Origin: Clostridia bacterium
GTDB taxonomy: Bacteria > Bacillota > Clostridia > UBA1212 > DUPL01
DNA: 64,000 nt
Assembly (NCBI GenBank): GCA_050951325.1
Contig: JBMNIW010000012.1
Span: 704,001 to 768,000, forward strand
Direction of reading: 5' to 3'
Part shown: positions 30,536 through 41,020 of the stretch, one piece after another
Layout of the letters: every line of letters begins with the position of its first letter
How positions within the stretch are numbered: position 1 is the first letter of the stretch
Made by a program: the position numbers and the translations under genes
The notes under the pieces: generated by a model
The model's database searches: none
What the model was told of the DNA's origin: nothing
Seen by the model: only the letters and a program-made list of their open reading frames with translations

Positions 30536-30640
30536 CTACTATTCAGCCCTAATAAACCAGGGCTTTATTTTTGCTTAAATGCATTGATTCTCATATTGGA
30601 TATTGTATAATTATCATAAGAACAAAGATAGGAGGCTGGC

Positions 30641-31834
30641 ATGAGCAAGGACAAGTATATTGCAAGGAGATATGATACTCCGCTTAGGGATATTGAGTAT
30701 ACAAGAATTGTATATGGCAGTGGTAAATATGGTAAAGATACTATAAAACTCATGAAGGAAGTTGAAGAAAGGGATTATCCAAGAGAAATGGAGTATAGTA
30801 TTTTTATCGGAGAGATGCATGGACATACGAATTTATCTGATGCAATTCCAGATATCGATTCATATTTCAGAACAGCAAGAGATGTGGCAAAGTTGGACTT
30901 TGCAGCCATAACAGACCACGACCACGGCGGAGTATTTTCGAGTGAGCTGTGGGGAAAGAAATGGGAGATTACAAAACAGAAAGTAAAGGAGTACTACAAA
31001 CCTGGCGAGTTTACAACCATTCTTGGATATGAAAGAGATTCATACCCTTGGTACAACAATCTTGTAATCTACTATAATTCTCATGATGGTGAATTGTTCA
31101 GAGGAGAAACTGACGGTGAGATAACTAGAGAAGAATTATTGGATTTGCTGAGACGGGATGACATAATTCTTGTTCCTCACACCACCAGTTTTCTTGACTC
31201 AGGTACTGATTTTTACAGCATTCCTAATGAACTTATGACCCCTTTGATTGAAGTATATTCAAGATGGGGAGCGGATGAGTATTTTGACAACCCTTATCCT
31301 GTCAGAATTGGTACGAGAGGCGGGTTCTGGCAGGATGCTTTGAGGAAGGGTGCCAGAATGGGCTGCATCTGTGGGTCTGACGACCATCATGGTACTCCTG
31401 GTTTGATTACAGAAAATGCTCATGCCAATTTAACATACAAATACCCTGGGTTGACAGGAGTGCTGGCTAAGGAGAACTCTGTTTCAGCCATTTTTGAAGC
31501 ACTAAAGGCAAGACGCTGCTATGGTTTTATGGGTGGAAGGATATATGTTGATTTCAGGATTAACGGCCACTATATGGGTGAAGAGTTTGATTCAATGGGT
31601 GAAAGACATATTTACTTTAAAGTGGATGCGGATGCGGAAATTAAGAGAATAACGCTTGTTAAGAACCTTGAAGACTACATGTACTTCCTTGGATTCAGCA
31701 ATACACACACCTATAAAAAACTTGTCTATGATTATGACAAAGTCAACGATACGGATATATATTATCTTCGTGTTGAACTTGTAGATGGAAGGTTTGCATG
31801 GACCAGTCCCATATGGATAAACAAAAATGAATAA
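30641..31834 (+). CDS. PHP-fold metallo-phosphoesterase-like protein (CehA/McbA or DUF3604-like)
   Basis: MHGHT..SD, ITDH, PH and GSDDH metal-ligand motifs. Confidence 0.78.
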   Translation: MSKDKYIARRYDTPLRDIEYTRIVYGSGKYGKDTIKLMKEVEERDYPREMEYSIFIGEMHGHTNLSDAIPDIDSYFRTARDVAKLDFAAITDHDHGGVFSSELWGKKWEITKQKVKEYYKPGEFTTILGYERDSYPWYNNLVIYYNSHDGELFRGETDGEITREELLDLLRRDDIILVPHTTSFLDSGTDFYSIPNELMTPLIEVYSRWGADEYFDNPYPVRIGTRGGFWQDALRKGARMGCICGSDDHHGTPGLITENAHANLTYKYPGLTGVLAKENSVSAIFEALKARRCYGFMGGRIYVDFRINGHYMGEEFDSMGERHIYFKVDADAEIKRITLVKNLEDYMYFLGFSNTHTYKKLVYDYDKVNDTDIYYLRVELVDGRFAWTSPIWINKNE

Positions 31835-31900
31835 GGTGGTTTGAATGAATTAGAAGTCGAGGGACAAAAAAGAGGATGATTTCAGAATTACTGGGCGAGG

Positions 31901-34093
31901 GTGAGTGATTTGAATACATATTCATTACCTCCTGTTAAAGCGGGCAGAAAACTTGAGTACAAGCACTTTCCAACACGCATGCAGCTTTTCATATATCGAA
32001 ACTGGGGGATGGTGGATGCAGATGTGCTTGCAAAGGTATTGTCGATCACCAAGGGAAAAGTGTTGGAACTGGCACATGACATGGGACTTGAAGAATGTGA
32101 TGTTGGCAAGGATTGGCTTGGGAAAGGTTACATTACAATTATTCGGGCCAACTGGCACCTCCTGCCATATGCTCAGCTTTGCATGCTGCTTGGCTGGAAT
32201 GAGGAAAAACTTGCATACATATTGAAGGAAGATGACTTTTTGTCCCACAAGTTGGGCGCCTTCAAACCGGATGTTCCCGAGCTCGTGTACAAACCTTTGA
32301 CAGAAGAACAAGTAGTCGAAACGAGGAAAATCAAAGAGATTACCCTACAGGCAAAAAGCGTTCTTTGTGATATGGAAGTTATGCCGTTTGACTTCAGACC
32401 TTTCTTTAAAAAAATTGGTGAAAGTGTGGAATATGAAAACAGGGAAAACAGATTTCATGAAAGGATAGTGTATTCATACTGTGCACTTTATGGTGACACA
32501 TTGTCAAGTTTTGAAGCAATAGATGAGTCGTTTCCCGATGAGCTTTTGGAAGCATACATGAAGATTGGAATAAATGGCATATGGATGCAGGCGGTAATGT
32601 ATACATTGGTTCCATTTCATTTTGACATGAGTTTGTCGGCAGGGTATGAAAAGCGGCTTGAAGGTCTTAACTACCTCATAAACAAGCTGGAAAAGTATCA
32701 TATCAAGCTGTATCTGTATCTGAACGAACCCCGCTCAATGCCTGAAAAATTCTTTGAAAAGTATCCTGACCTGAAGGGAGAGGAGGAGCTTGGGTTTTAT
32801 GCAATGTGTACCTCCACACCTGAGGTGAAAGAGTACATCCGGAACGGATGCGCCTACATTGCAAGGAACGCACCCGGTCTTGGTGGATTTATTACCATAA
32901 CTGCATCTGAGAACCTGACAAACTGTTATTCAAGAATCGCTCCTGACAGAATAAAATGTGAAAGGTGCAGGGAGAGGACTTTTGCAGAGGTTGTGGCAGA
33001 GGTAAACAGATTAGTATATGAAGGGGTATCGGGTGTTAACAAGTATATGAAGGTAATTGCCTGGTCATGGGCATGGAAAGGGCAGACAGAAATCATTGTA
33101 CAATTGCTTCCATCGGGTGTCACTGTCATGGGTGTCAGCGAGGAAGGCGTGACGAAGAATATAGGTGGTGTTGAAACAAGCGTAATTGATTATTCCATAT
33201 CACTGGTGGGACCAGGGGAGCATGCCAGAAGGACATGGGAAATGGCGAAGAAAAAGAACATGCACACCATGGCAAAGATACAGGCAAACTGCACCTGGGA
33301 GTGTGCAGCAGTTCCTTTTATTCCTGCTTTTGAGCTTGTTTATGACCATCTGAGGGGGATCATTGAAACGAATCTTGTAGACGGCATCATGTTGGGTTGG
33401 ACTTTGGGTGGTTATCCTTCAGCAACCCTAATGATGCTCAAATACATGTTTCAAGGAAAAGATGTTCCCTCCCTGGATGAGCTGTATGAGTTGGTTTTTC
33501 CATCGGATTGTGTGGAAAGGATAAGAAAAGCATCGGTTATGTTCAGTAAGGCATTCCGTGAGTTTCCTTTTTCTATCAACACCGTGTATTTTGCACCACA
33601 AAACTACGGACCAGGCAACCTGTTGTTTGAAGGCAAAACAGGCTTTGCAGCGACAATGCTTGGATATCCATATGACGATATTGACTCTTGGAGTAATATA
33701 TTCCCACAGGAAGTGTATGTTAATCAATTAAGGAAACTTAGTGAAGCCTGGCGTTTGGGGATTCTCGAACTTGAGACCGTGAATACAGACAACCCCTTTG
33801 TTTCAGATTTGATGGATTGTGCAAAGGCTCTCTATTGTCATTTCAGGTCTTCATATCTGCAAGCCATGTTTGTTGTTTTGAGGGACAGTGGAGAAGATGT
33901 GAGTGAATTGCTGGAAGAAGAAAAGAGCTTGTGCATTGAATTAATCAATATCATGGCGAGAAACCCAATGATTGGATATGAATCTTCAAACCATTACTTC
34001 TACACGAGGCAGATGTTGCTTGAGAAGTATGTTTGTTGTGAATACTTGATTGATAAGATTAAAGGTAAAGGAAGGGGTAATGATGAAACTTAA
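31901..34093 (+). CDS. Uncharacterised protein, possibly a GH-like TIM barrel
   Basis: 730-aa ORF in an operon; GINGIW, YLYLNEPR and SENLTNC motifs; no signal peptide. Confidence 0.6.
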   Translation: MSDLNTYSLPPVKAGRKLEYKHFPTRMQLFIYRNWGMVDADVLAKVLSITKGKVLELAHDMGLEECDVGKDWLGKGYITIIRANWHLLPYAQLCMLLGWNEEKLAYILKEDDFLSHKLGAFKPDVPELVYKPLTEEQVVETRKIKEITLQAKSVLCDMEVMPFDFRPFFKKIGESVEYENRENRFHERIVYSYCALYGDTLSSFEAIDESFPDELLEAYMKIGINGIWMQAVMYTLVPFHFDMSLSAGYEKRLEGLNYLINKLEKYHIKLYLYLNEPRSMPEKFFEKYPDLKGEEELGFYAMCTSTPEVKEYIRNGCAYIARNAPGLGGFITITASENLTNCYSRIAPDRIKCERCRERTFAEVVAEVNRLVYEGVSGVNKYMKVIAWSWAWKGQTEIIVQLLPSGVTVMGVSEEGVTKNIGGVETSVIDYSISLVGPGEHARRTWEMAKKKNMHTMAKIQANCTWECAAVPFIPAFELVYDHLRGIIETNLVDGIMLGWTLGGYPSATLMMLKYMFQGKDVPSLDELYELVFPSDCVERIRKASVMFSKAFREFPFSINTVYFAPQNYGPGNLLFEGKTGFAATMLGYPYDDIDSWSNIFPQEVYVNQLRKLSEAWRLGILELETVNTDNPFVSDLMDCAKALYCHFRSSYLQAMFVVLRDSGEDVSELLEEEKSLCIELINIMARNPMIGYESSNHYFYTRQMLLEKYVCCEYLIDKIKGKGRGNDET

Positions 34094-35144
34094 TTTTACA
34101 TACAACGTATCCCCAAGAAGACTTTTGCATGATAAGACCGTATCCGGCAGTCTTGATAAAATGAGGAGAGCAGGTGTCAAGACGATATATTTGTTCGGAT
34201 ATTTCTACGGATCATTTGAGTCTGAACCTGAACACATTGCAAAAGCTAAAAAGGTGCTGGAAGACGAAGGATTTGCCACAGGCATAATTAATGTTCCACT
34301 TGGTCATGGAGGAAACGCACTTGATCCGACAGATCCGAATGTCAATTTGGATATCGGGAATGGATGGAGAATGACGATGGATTCGATGGGCAGATACAGG
34401 TTGAACACGACCTGTATTGATGAGGTCATGATGGAGGATTCTAAAAAAGCCAATCTGATTATGTATGAAATGGGCTTTAGGAGTTTTTTCAATGACGATG
34501 ACTTGAGACTTGGTCAATGGGGGCCAGAGCTTCAAGGCTGTTTTTGCAATTATTGCATGGATGAGTTTTACTCCATCGTTGGAAGGAAAGTTACAAGAGA
34601 AGACATCGTATCAATGAAGGATTCCGAACTATGCGAGGCATGGATGAGTTACCAATGTGAAAAGATAGCTCGTTTTCTTTTGGTGACAACACCAAAAGGC
34701 GCAAGAAACGGCATAATGGTAATGCATAACGGAGACAGGCGTCATGGAATAGATATTCCTCTGCTAAGAAAACTCATGCCTGACAATCTGGTTTTTCGTG
34801 TAGGAGAAGCTCATTTTGACGATAATGCATTCGCTAACAAGGAAGGTTACGAAAGTGTTGAAAGAAGCATAAGAAGACACATGGCCCTGGTTGGAGATCA
34901 CAGTATATGTTATAGTGAGACGACTTGTTATCCAAAGAATGCACTTTCGCCGGAAAACTGGATAGAGAAGATGAAGCTGGAGATAAATTGCGGTCTTCGT
35001 AATTTGTATCTTATGAGCGGGACATGGTTCTTTGAAGACCCATATTGGGATGCTCTTGAAAGGGCTCTTCCGGAACTTGTATATCTTGCAGACACTACAG
35101 CGATACCTGAATACACTCTGCCAGAGTTTACATGGGTTTGGTAA
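34080..35144 (+). CDS. Uncharacterised GH-like barrel protein
   Basis: DDDLR, GCFC..C, RVGE and YSE motifs; overlaps the upstream gene. Confidence 0.55.
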   Translation: MMKLNFTYNVSPRRLLHDKTVSGSLDKMRRAGVKTIYLFGYFYGSFESEPEHIAKAKKVLEDEGFATGIINVPLGHGGNALDPTDPNVNLDIGNGWRMTMDSMGRYRLNTTCIDEVMMEDSKKANLIMYEMGFRSFFNDDDLRLGQWGPELQGCFCNYCMDEFYSIVGRKVTREDIVSMKDSELCEAWMSYQCEKIARFLLVTTPKGARNGIMVMHNGDRRHGIDIPLLRKLMPDNLVFRVGEAHFDDNAFANKEGYESVERSIRRHMALVGDHSICYSETTCYPKNALSPENWIEKMKLEINCGLRNLYLMSGTWFFEDPYWDALERALPELVYLADTTAIPEYTLPEFTWVW

Positions 35145-35250
35145 ACAAATAATTTGTTTTGTATAAAAGTTTGTCCGATTTGTATAATAAATGCCGGTCA
35201 GTCTGTTGTATATTAAAAGTATCAATCGATGTAGAAAGGGTATGGTGATT

Positions 35251-36396
35251 ATGAAGAGGCTTATATTAAGTCTTTTGGTTTTATGTATGCTTCTATCATG
35301 TACAGGTCTCTTCGTTTATGCTGAAGAGAACGAGTTCGTGAGAAAAGATAATTTAGCTAGAATGGAAGGATGTACATACAGCTGGTCGGGCACTTGGCAA
35401 CATAACGGAGTAGACTCAGAGGCAGGAGATCCGGGTCATAAGTGCTTTGATGGCAATGTGGATTCGAAATGGGGAAGTGCTGATGTTGCCAATGGAGATC
35501 AGTGGGTGTTGGTAAGATTTCCGAATGCAGTGACCGTTGATGGCTTCAAACTTTGGCAGGACAATGGACCATGGACAAACATTACAGGTTACAAGATTCA
35601 AGTGCAGAAAGGTTCCGAAACCTGGGAAGATGTCTATGACGTCACCTGAGTTTACTGACAAAGTGGAGAGAACACGAGCATGACTTTTGAAACCCCGATA
35701 ACAATAACTGCATTCCGTGTTTACCTCCCTGCAGACAAGGCAGGCGGAAAGTCCGCAGTAGAGCTTACTGAAGTACAGGTCTACAAATATCACAGATTTA
35801 CTTATGGTAATGGAAATGGAAACACACAGCTGAAATACGATGGTGAAACCAAAACGGAATTGTCACTGGATGGTGCTGCTACAGATGCTTCATCAACAAA
35901 TAATCCATCCTCCAATGCGATTGATGGCAGCAACAACACCAAGTGGTCCTCCGTAGGCAACAGCGTACCACAGTGGATTCAGGTTATTCTGCCAGAGGTT
36001 AAAAACCTTTCCGGATTCAGATTGGTTGCTGATTTCAACTGGACGGATATCCGTGCTTACCATGTTGAAGTTGCTACAAAAGATGGATGGGTAAAGGTCT
36101 ACGAGCATTCTGGTGAAAGCATTGAGCACTTCCAGGAGATTGACTTCGATACATTGTGGAATATAGATTCAATTCGTTTCACCATAACTGAAGTTGGTCC
36201 GGATGCACTTCAGGGACATGGAACAACTTCCATAGATATTTTGGAAATCAAACTATTCACAGCAGATGCTATCGAACAAGAAACAGAGCCTGAAACAAAC
36301 CCACAAACAAGCGACATGTCCATAATCTTCATCCTTGGAATGACTGCAGTTTTGGGCTTGAGCTTGTTTAAGAGAAGAATGACAGTGAACGCATAA
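35251..36396 (+). CDS. Cell-wall-anchored tandem F5/8 (CBM32-like) protein with NPQTSD signal; interrupted at 35641-35680
   Basis: Signal peptide; two discoidin domains (FDGNVDSKW; IDGSNNTKW); both ORF halves are in the same frame, separated by an indel-rich patch. Confidence 0.75.
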
Positions 36397-36413
36397 GTTC
36401 ATATTGAACTTTG

Positions 36414-36441
36414 AAGAACCGAAGGGAAGCCTTCGGTTCTT
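36414..36441. terminator. Bidirectional terminator between convergent genes
   Basis: AAGAACCGAAGG-GAAG-CCTTCGGTTCTT. Confidence 0.8.
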
Positions 36442-37535
36442 TAGTCATTTTTCTTGTTTACTTTAAATATGTATTGTGTCTTTTTACAGTTTTCCCTGTA
36501 TTCGCCAGGTGTCATACCCATTGTATTTTTGAATGCCCTATAGAAACTTGCGGTATTTATATAACCAATTTTTTCGGATATTTTTTCAATTGATTCATCG
36601 GTGGATGATAAAAGTTTCAAAGCATTTTCGATCTTTATTTTATACAGTATCTCTTTGAATGTCATATTCATGCAGGAGGATATTATTTTGCTCAGATAGG
36701 AAACTGAGTAGTTGAATTTACTGGCAACCTCCTCAAGAGTAACATGTACATAGTTGCTGCTTATGTAATGTACAATTTCAACTACCAGTCTGTTGGTAGG
36801 TGCAAGATCGTCAGGAAGTTCAATGTTCTTTCCATATTCTTTTCCTGTCATTAGAAATATGGTTTGCAGAAGTGAATTCTTGATGGCGCTATTTTTGCTT
36901 AACTCATTCAAACCTTCAGAAATCAATATATATATCAGATCCCTTATGCAATTACTACTTATGTCTATTGTCAAATATTCATACTGATCTTTTAAAAATA
37001 CCGAGTTGAAAAAGAAATTGGTAAAGGCATTATCGTAAGGAAAAAGTGTGAAGAAGTTGTTTTTTATATAGCTCTTTTTTACAATAATATTCACTACCAC
37101 CCCGGTGGTAAAAAGAGAGTGTTCCACATTCGGAGGGACCACCATTAATTCATTTTCAAAGATTATGTGCTCCTTGCCTGCCACGGTGTTTACCGCTTTG
37201 CCTTCATATACGAAAAGCATTTCATAAAAGGTGTGTCTGTGTTTGAAAGGTATGTCATATCTGCCGTGTCTGTTTATGTATATATCATCTTCAAAGAAAT
37301 CATAAATGATTGTGGGTCTTGGCATGTCGTCCGTAATACCCGGGAGCGAAAGAAGAAGATCATAGCACCTCTTTTTGTCAAAGGTTCTCATGTAGTCCGG
37401 GTCATTCTTTCGCTCCAGGTACTCTTTGCATATATGTTCCTGTTCGGTCCAGGGCAGTATGATTTTATCCAAATCATTTTTTAGCATGTCTATCACATTC
37501 TTTTTTAAATATGATACAACAGTGTAATCCAACAT
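36441..37535 (-). CDS. AraC-family transcriptional regulator (cupin plus HTH)
   Basis: HRHTFYEM cupin motif; KIGYINTASFYRAFK..TPGEYR HTH. Confidence 0.92.
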   Translation of the reverse strand: MLDYTVVSYLKKNVIDMLKNDLDKIILPWTEQEHICKEYLERKNDPDYMRTFDKKRCYDLLLSLPGITDDMPRPTIIYDFFEDDIYINRHGRYDIPFKHRHTFYEMLFVYEGKAVNTVAGKEHIIFENELMVVPPNVEHSLFTTGVVVNIIVKKSYIKNNFFTLFPYDNAFTNFFFNSVFLKDQYEYLTIDISSNCIRDLIYILISEGLNELSKNSAIKNSLLQTIFLMTGKEYGKNIELPDDLAPTNRLVVEIVHYISSNYVHVTLEEVASKFNYSVSYLSKIISSCMNMTFKEILYKIKIENALKLLSSTDESIEKISEKIGYINTASFYRAFKNTMGMTPGEYRENCKKTQYIFKVNKKND

Positions 37536-37544
37536 GCAAGTTAC

Positions 37545-39515
37545 TCATCTGTTGCACCATACAGGTGTATTGTTTCTGTCGTAGGTAATTTCCTGCAGGT
37601 TGTGATTATCCACGTTGATCCAGGTAAAGTAGTTGCTATTGTTTTTGCCAAGATGGGCAAAATCAACAAGTGTCACTTCCTTTCCGATGGTGGAAAGCGT
37701 TTTAATATATACAAAACCTTTGTCTGTATTTATTTTTGCGTTCTTTAGATTTCCGTAATCGAGTTTTATGGTATTTCTTATATCATCGTTTTCTTCCACG
37801 CCAAGAAGCAATGGACCATAATATATTGATGATCTGTTCCTCATTGTCGAGTTTTTCTCTGCAACCCAAAAATGTAGTGACATGTCAAGTTCAATCTCTA
37901 TACTGTCACCTTTTTCCCACTTTCTTGTTATAGCATGGTAGGTGCCTGCATTTACATTCTCCAAAGGTTTGCCATTAAGCTTTATTTTCGATTTTTCAGA
38001 CCAAACCGGGATTCTTAAGTGGAGAGAGAATTCCTCTTCTTGTTCAGGCTCAACAATGATTTTTATATAGCCATCCTTTGGATAAACGGTCTGTTGATTT
38101 AATTTAATTCTGTTGCCGTAATTTGTAAAGGTTTCAAGCTTGCTCTCTCCGTAATAGTTGAGATAAAGTCCTGTTGCATCTGTCAGGATCGCCCATTCGG
38201 TTATTGATGCCAATCCTTTTGTACCGCTTGCCTGGCAGCAGGACATGTCTCTGGCACCAGCATACGAGTGGCCTTCAAGGGTTATTGTGGCAAGGTCGCG
38301 TTGTCCATTGGAGTAATTGGCATAGGAAAAGACCCTGTTGTCTTTATAAAGGCTTCCCAATATGGCATTGAAAAAGGACATTTCAAGTTCATCTGCCACA
38401 TATGAGTTTTTTGATACTTTAAGGTACTCTGTGGAGAATACAGCCCATGCAACAGTATTGCATGTTTCACTCATGTCACCATATGGGTTTGCATTGGCGC
38501 CTTCACCGGTACCAAAACTGCCTATATTATGTCTGTCATAACCAGCCATACCCCACCAAAGAGAATCCAGTGCCTTGAGATAAGTCTCGTCACCCGTTGC
38601 CTTGTATAGAGGACCGAGGGTGCTGAGAGTATAAAGGCTTTCCCATCTTGTCTGGTTGGACCTGCCAAAGACAACCCCTTCCAAAGCGGAATTCAGCCAA
38701 TCCGCACTTAGTATTCTTTTTGTATAGAAATCCAGGTATTCGTTTTTCCACTCGGTGTTTACCATGTATTCCGCTGCCTTAAGATATTTGTTCTTGCCTG
38801 TCACGTCATACATGAGAGCAAACATATGACTGATTGCAAAATTGCATTCTCCCCATTTCTGGGATGCAAAGGACTGCTTGTTGGTTATGAAGTGGTCTAT
38901 TATGCAGTCCAATGCTTTTTCAGCAATTTCAAGAGCATCTTCATTACCGGTAACCTGATACCACCTGTAGAGGCCATGGATGCAGTGGTAATGTCCCCAG
39001 GTGTCCCATTTGCCCCAGGGTCCTTCAGTTGCGCTTCGCGAGTCATTGTTGAATTTTGCTTCTTCAGGCCAGGGACCAAGATATCCATCCTCTCTCTGAG
39101 CCTGCTTGAAGTATTCAACAAACCTGTTTCCAACTTCATATATTCTTCTGTCTTTGGAGGTTAGATACATTTGTGCAATGCCTGAAAGTATTTTTCCAGG
39201 GAACTCTCCATGCCACATTGCCTTTCTAATATCAGGATTGGATGGATTCAGGAAACCATCAAACAGACCCGGGTTGTCTTCCAGAACCCTAGTTACCCAT
39301 GCTTCGGTATGAGCTTCGAATATCTCACCCACCTGTCCTGAAATATTCATGTTAACCAGATAGTTTGCAAGGCTTCCCTCCCTGCTTTTATCGATTGCTG
39401 TTGTCTTTAAATATTGAGGCATTTTCTCAAGCTCCTTATCGTTATTCTTAACACAGCCCGTGTTGACACAGAAGGCTATCAATATTGGGAATACCCAAAG
39501 CTTATACTTTTTCAT
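37545..39515 (-). CDS. GH127/146-family beta-L-arabinofuranosidase-like lipoprotein
   Basis: Lipobox NTGC; GEFPGK, GTGE, ETCN and SCC motifs; LRIPVW. Confidence 0.85.
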   Translation of the reverse strand: MKKYKLWVFPILIAFCVNTGCVKNNDKELEKMPQYLKTTAIDKSREGSLANYLVNMNISGQVGEIFEAHTEAWVTRVLEDNPGLFDGFLNPSNPDIRKAMWHGEFPGKILSGIAQMYLTSKDRRIYEVGNRFVEYFKQAQREDGYLGPWPEEAKFNNDSRSATEGPWGKWDTWGHYHCIHGLYRWYQVTGNEDALEIAEKALDCIIDHFITNKQSFASQKWGECNFAISHMFALMYDVTGKNKYLKAAEYMVNTEWKNEYLDFYTKRILSADWLNSALEGVVFGRSNQTRWESLYTLSTLGPLYKATGDETYLKALDSLWWGMAGYDRHNIGSFGTGEGANANPYGDMSETCNTVAWAVFSTEYLKVSKNSYVADELEMSFFNAILGSLYKDNRVFSYANYSNGQRDLATITLEGHSYAGARDMSCCQASGTKGLASITEWAILTDATGLYLNYYGESKLETFTNYGNRIKLNQQTVYPKDGYIKIIVEPEQEEEFSLHLRIPVWSEKSKIKLNGKPLENVNAGTYHAITRKWEKGDSIEIELDMSLHFWVAEKNSTMRNRSSIYYGPLLLGVEENDDIRNTIKLDYGNLKNAKINTDKGFVYIKTLSTIGKEVTLVDFAHLGKNNSNYFTWINVDNHNLQEITYDRNNTPVWCNR

Positions 39516-40812
39516 GTTGTCTCCTCTTTGCAAAGATTATTATGGCAAGCAAAACCAGAATGGCAATTGCCGCAAGTATTACATATGCAAATATACCGCT
39601 GTTCTTGTCACTTGTTTCCGGATTTTCCGTATAGGATGCAGTTTCCGTAGGTTGTGGAGTTTTCGTGGTGACAGGAGTAGGTGTTTCTTCTTTTGGAGTC
39701 GGGTTTTTCTGGACTATGAAGCAGTCAAAAAACGAATCATTGTCATAGTATGCCTTGCCATCCGGCTTTACATTGTCTTCTCCTGTTGTGTAGGCGGTTT
39801 CCAAAGAAATCGTCACTGTATGATTCCCCGGTTTCAAATCATCTTTAATAAGGAATATTTTGCTTTGATATACGGTATCTGACACTTTTATTTTGTCGGT
39901 GTGAGGTGTGAATTCCCCTATAATCTCACCGTCCACGTCAACAACAACCTTGGCTGCATAATAGCATTCTCCAAAGACAACTGCAAGATATGTGCCCTCG
40001 AAATCACATGTAAGCGTGGCACTAACCTGTCCCAGATTGAATCTGTATTCGCGGTTGTTTGCCAAATGATTTGCATAAGGCAAATCAAATGGCCAGGTGT
40101 ATATTATGTCTTCGTTGTTACTGTATATTGCCTTGTAGCCAAGTTTGCCCAAAACTTCATCAGTGTATCCTTTAATGGATGCTCCCAAAACAATTTCTTC
40201 TGGTTCCTCTTCTTTTACTTCCGTTTCCGTGTCTCTTACGATAATAAAATCAAAGTATGCATCATTGTCATAATATGCGTTGCCGTCTTCTTTAACATTT
40301 TCCTCCCCGGATACATAAGCTTTCTCGTGCTTTATGAGCAAGGTATGGTTTGTGTTTTCAAGACTGTCGTTTACATAAATTATCTTGCTTTCTCCCGGAA
40401 TAACAGCAAGGTTTTTATCATTTGCAAACGGTGTATGCTCTGCAACCAATACATCATCTATGTAGATTAATATCTTGGCGGCATGATATGTTTCACAAAA
40501 TGCCACTGCTATGTAATTGCCAGCAAAATCATAAGATATTGTACTGCCTACCTGTCCTGCATTGTGAAGGACGTTGCCGCCATATGCCTTGTCGTTTTCA
40601 ACCTTCCAGTTCAGGTTGTATGCCCAAGTATATGAAATATCACGGCTTTCATTGTCAACAATTTTGCACCCTTTTGATTTAATAAGATTTTCATCAATTT
40701 CCGTTGCTTTTGTGCCCGTCGTGACAGGTGGATTGTCCTGTGCACTCGTATTAAAAGGGACAAGTGATACGAAAATGATTGTTGCCAGTATCAAGTTCAT
40801 TATTCTTCTCAT
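39502..40812 (-). CDS. Cell-wall-anchored protein with two tandem CBM-like domains (NPETSD)
   Basis: Signal peptide; internal repeat (YTW..GQV..DF.G.Y..AAK..NHT..DG.AYYDND..FD); PT linker; NPETSD, TM, KRR. Confidence 0.78.
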   Translation of the reverse strand: MRRIMNLILATIIFVSLVPFNTSAQDNPPVTTGTKATEIDENLIKSKGCKIVDNESRDISYTWAYNLNWKVENDKAYGGNVLHNAGQVGSTISYDFAGNYIAVAFCETYHAAKILIYIDDVLVAEHTPFANDKNLAVIPGESKIIYVNDSLENTNHTLLIKHEKAYVSGEENVKEDGNAYYDNDAYFDFIIVRDTETEVKEEEPEEIVLGASIKGYTDEVLGKLGYKAIYSNNEDIIYTWPFDLPYANHLANNREYRFNLGQVSATLTCDFEGTYLAVVFGECYYAAKVVVDVDGEIIGEFTPHTDKIKVSDTVYQSKIFLIKDDLKPGNHTVTISLETAYTTGEDNVKPDGKAYYDNDSFFDCFIVQKNPTPKEETPTPVTTKTPQPTETASYTENPETSDKNSGIFAYVILAAIAILVLLAIIIFAKRRQHEKV

Positions 40813-41020
40813 AACTGATTCCTCCATATTTTTTATGCTTACCTAAATTTTAATAAATTTAATAATGAGTGATAATAGCATGACTTGGCTCAAACACTTG
40901 CATTTGTTAAGAATAGATAAAAAATCTGAATTGTATATGGATTTGTACATAATGAACTGGAATAATACTTTTAAATTTATAGAATTATACTATCTGTTAG
41001 TCAGAATGGAGAGTGATATT

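Noticed and set aside
35641-35680. Two in-frame TGA codons suggesting selenocysteine or UGA recoding
   Set aside because: TGA is a normal stop in many genes here, no SECIS-like hairpin is seen, and removing three single bases restores a sequence that aligns with the second F5/8 domain
40865-41020. 52-aa N-terminal extension of ORF 40865
   Set aside because: This is AT-rich divergent promoter DNA; the RBS and signal peptide fit TTG 41021
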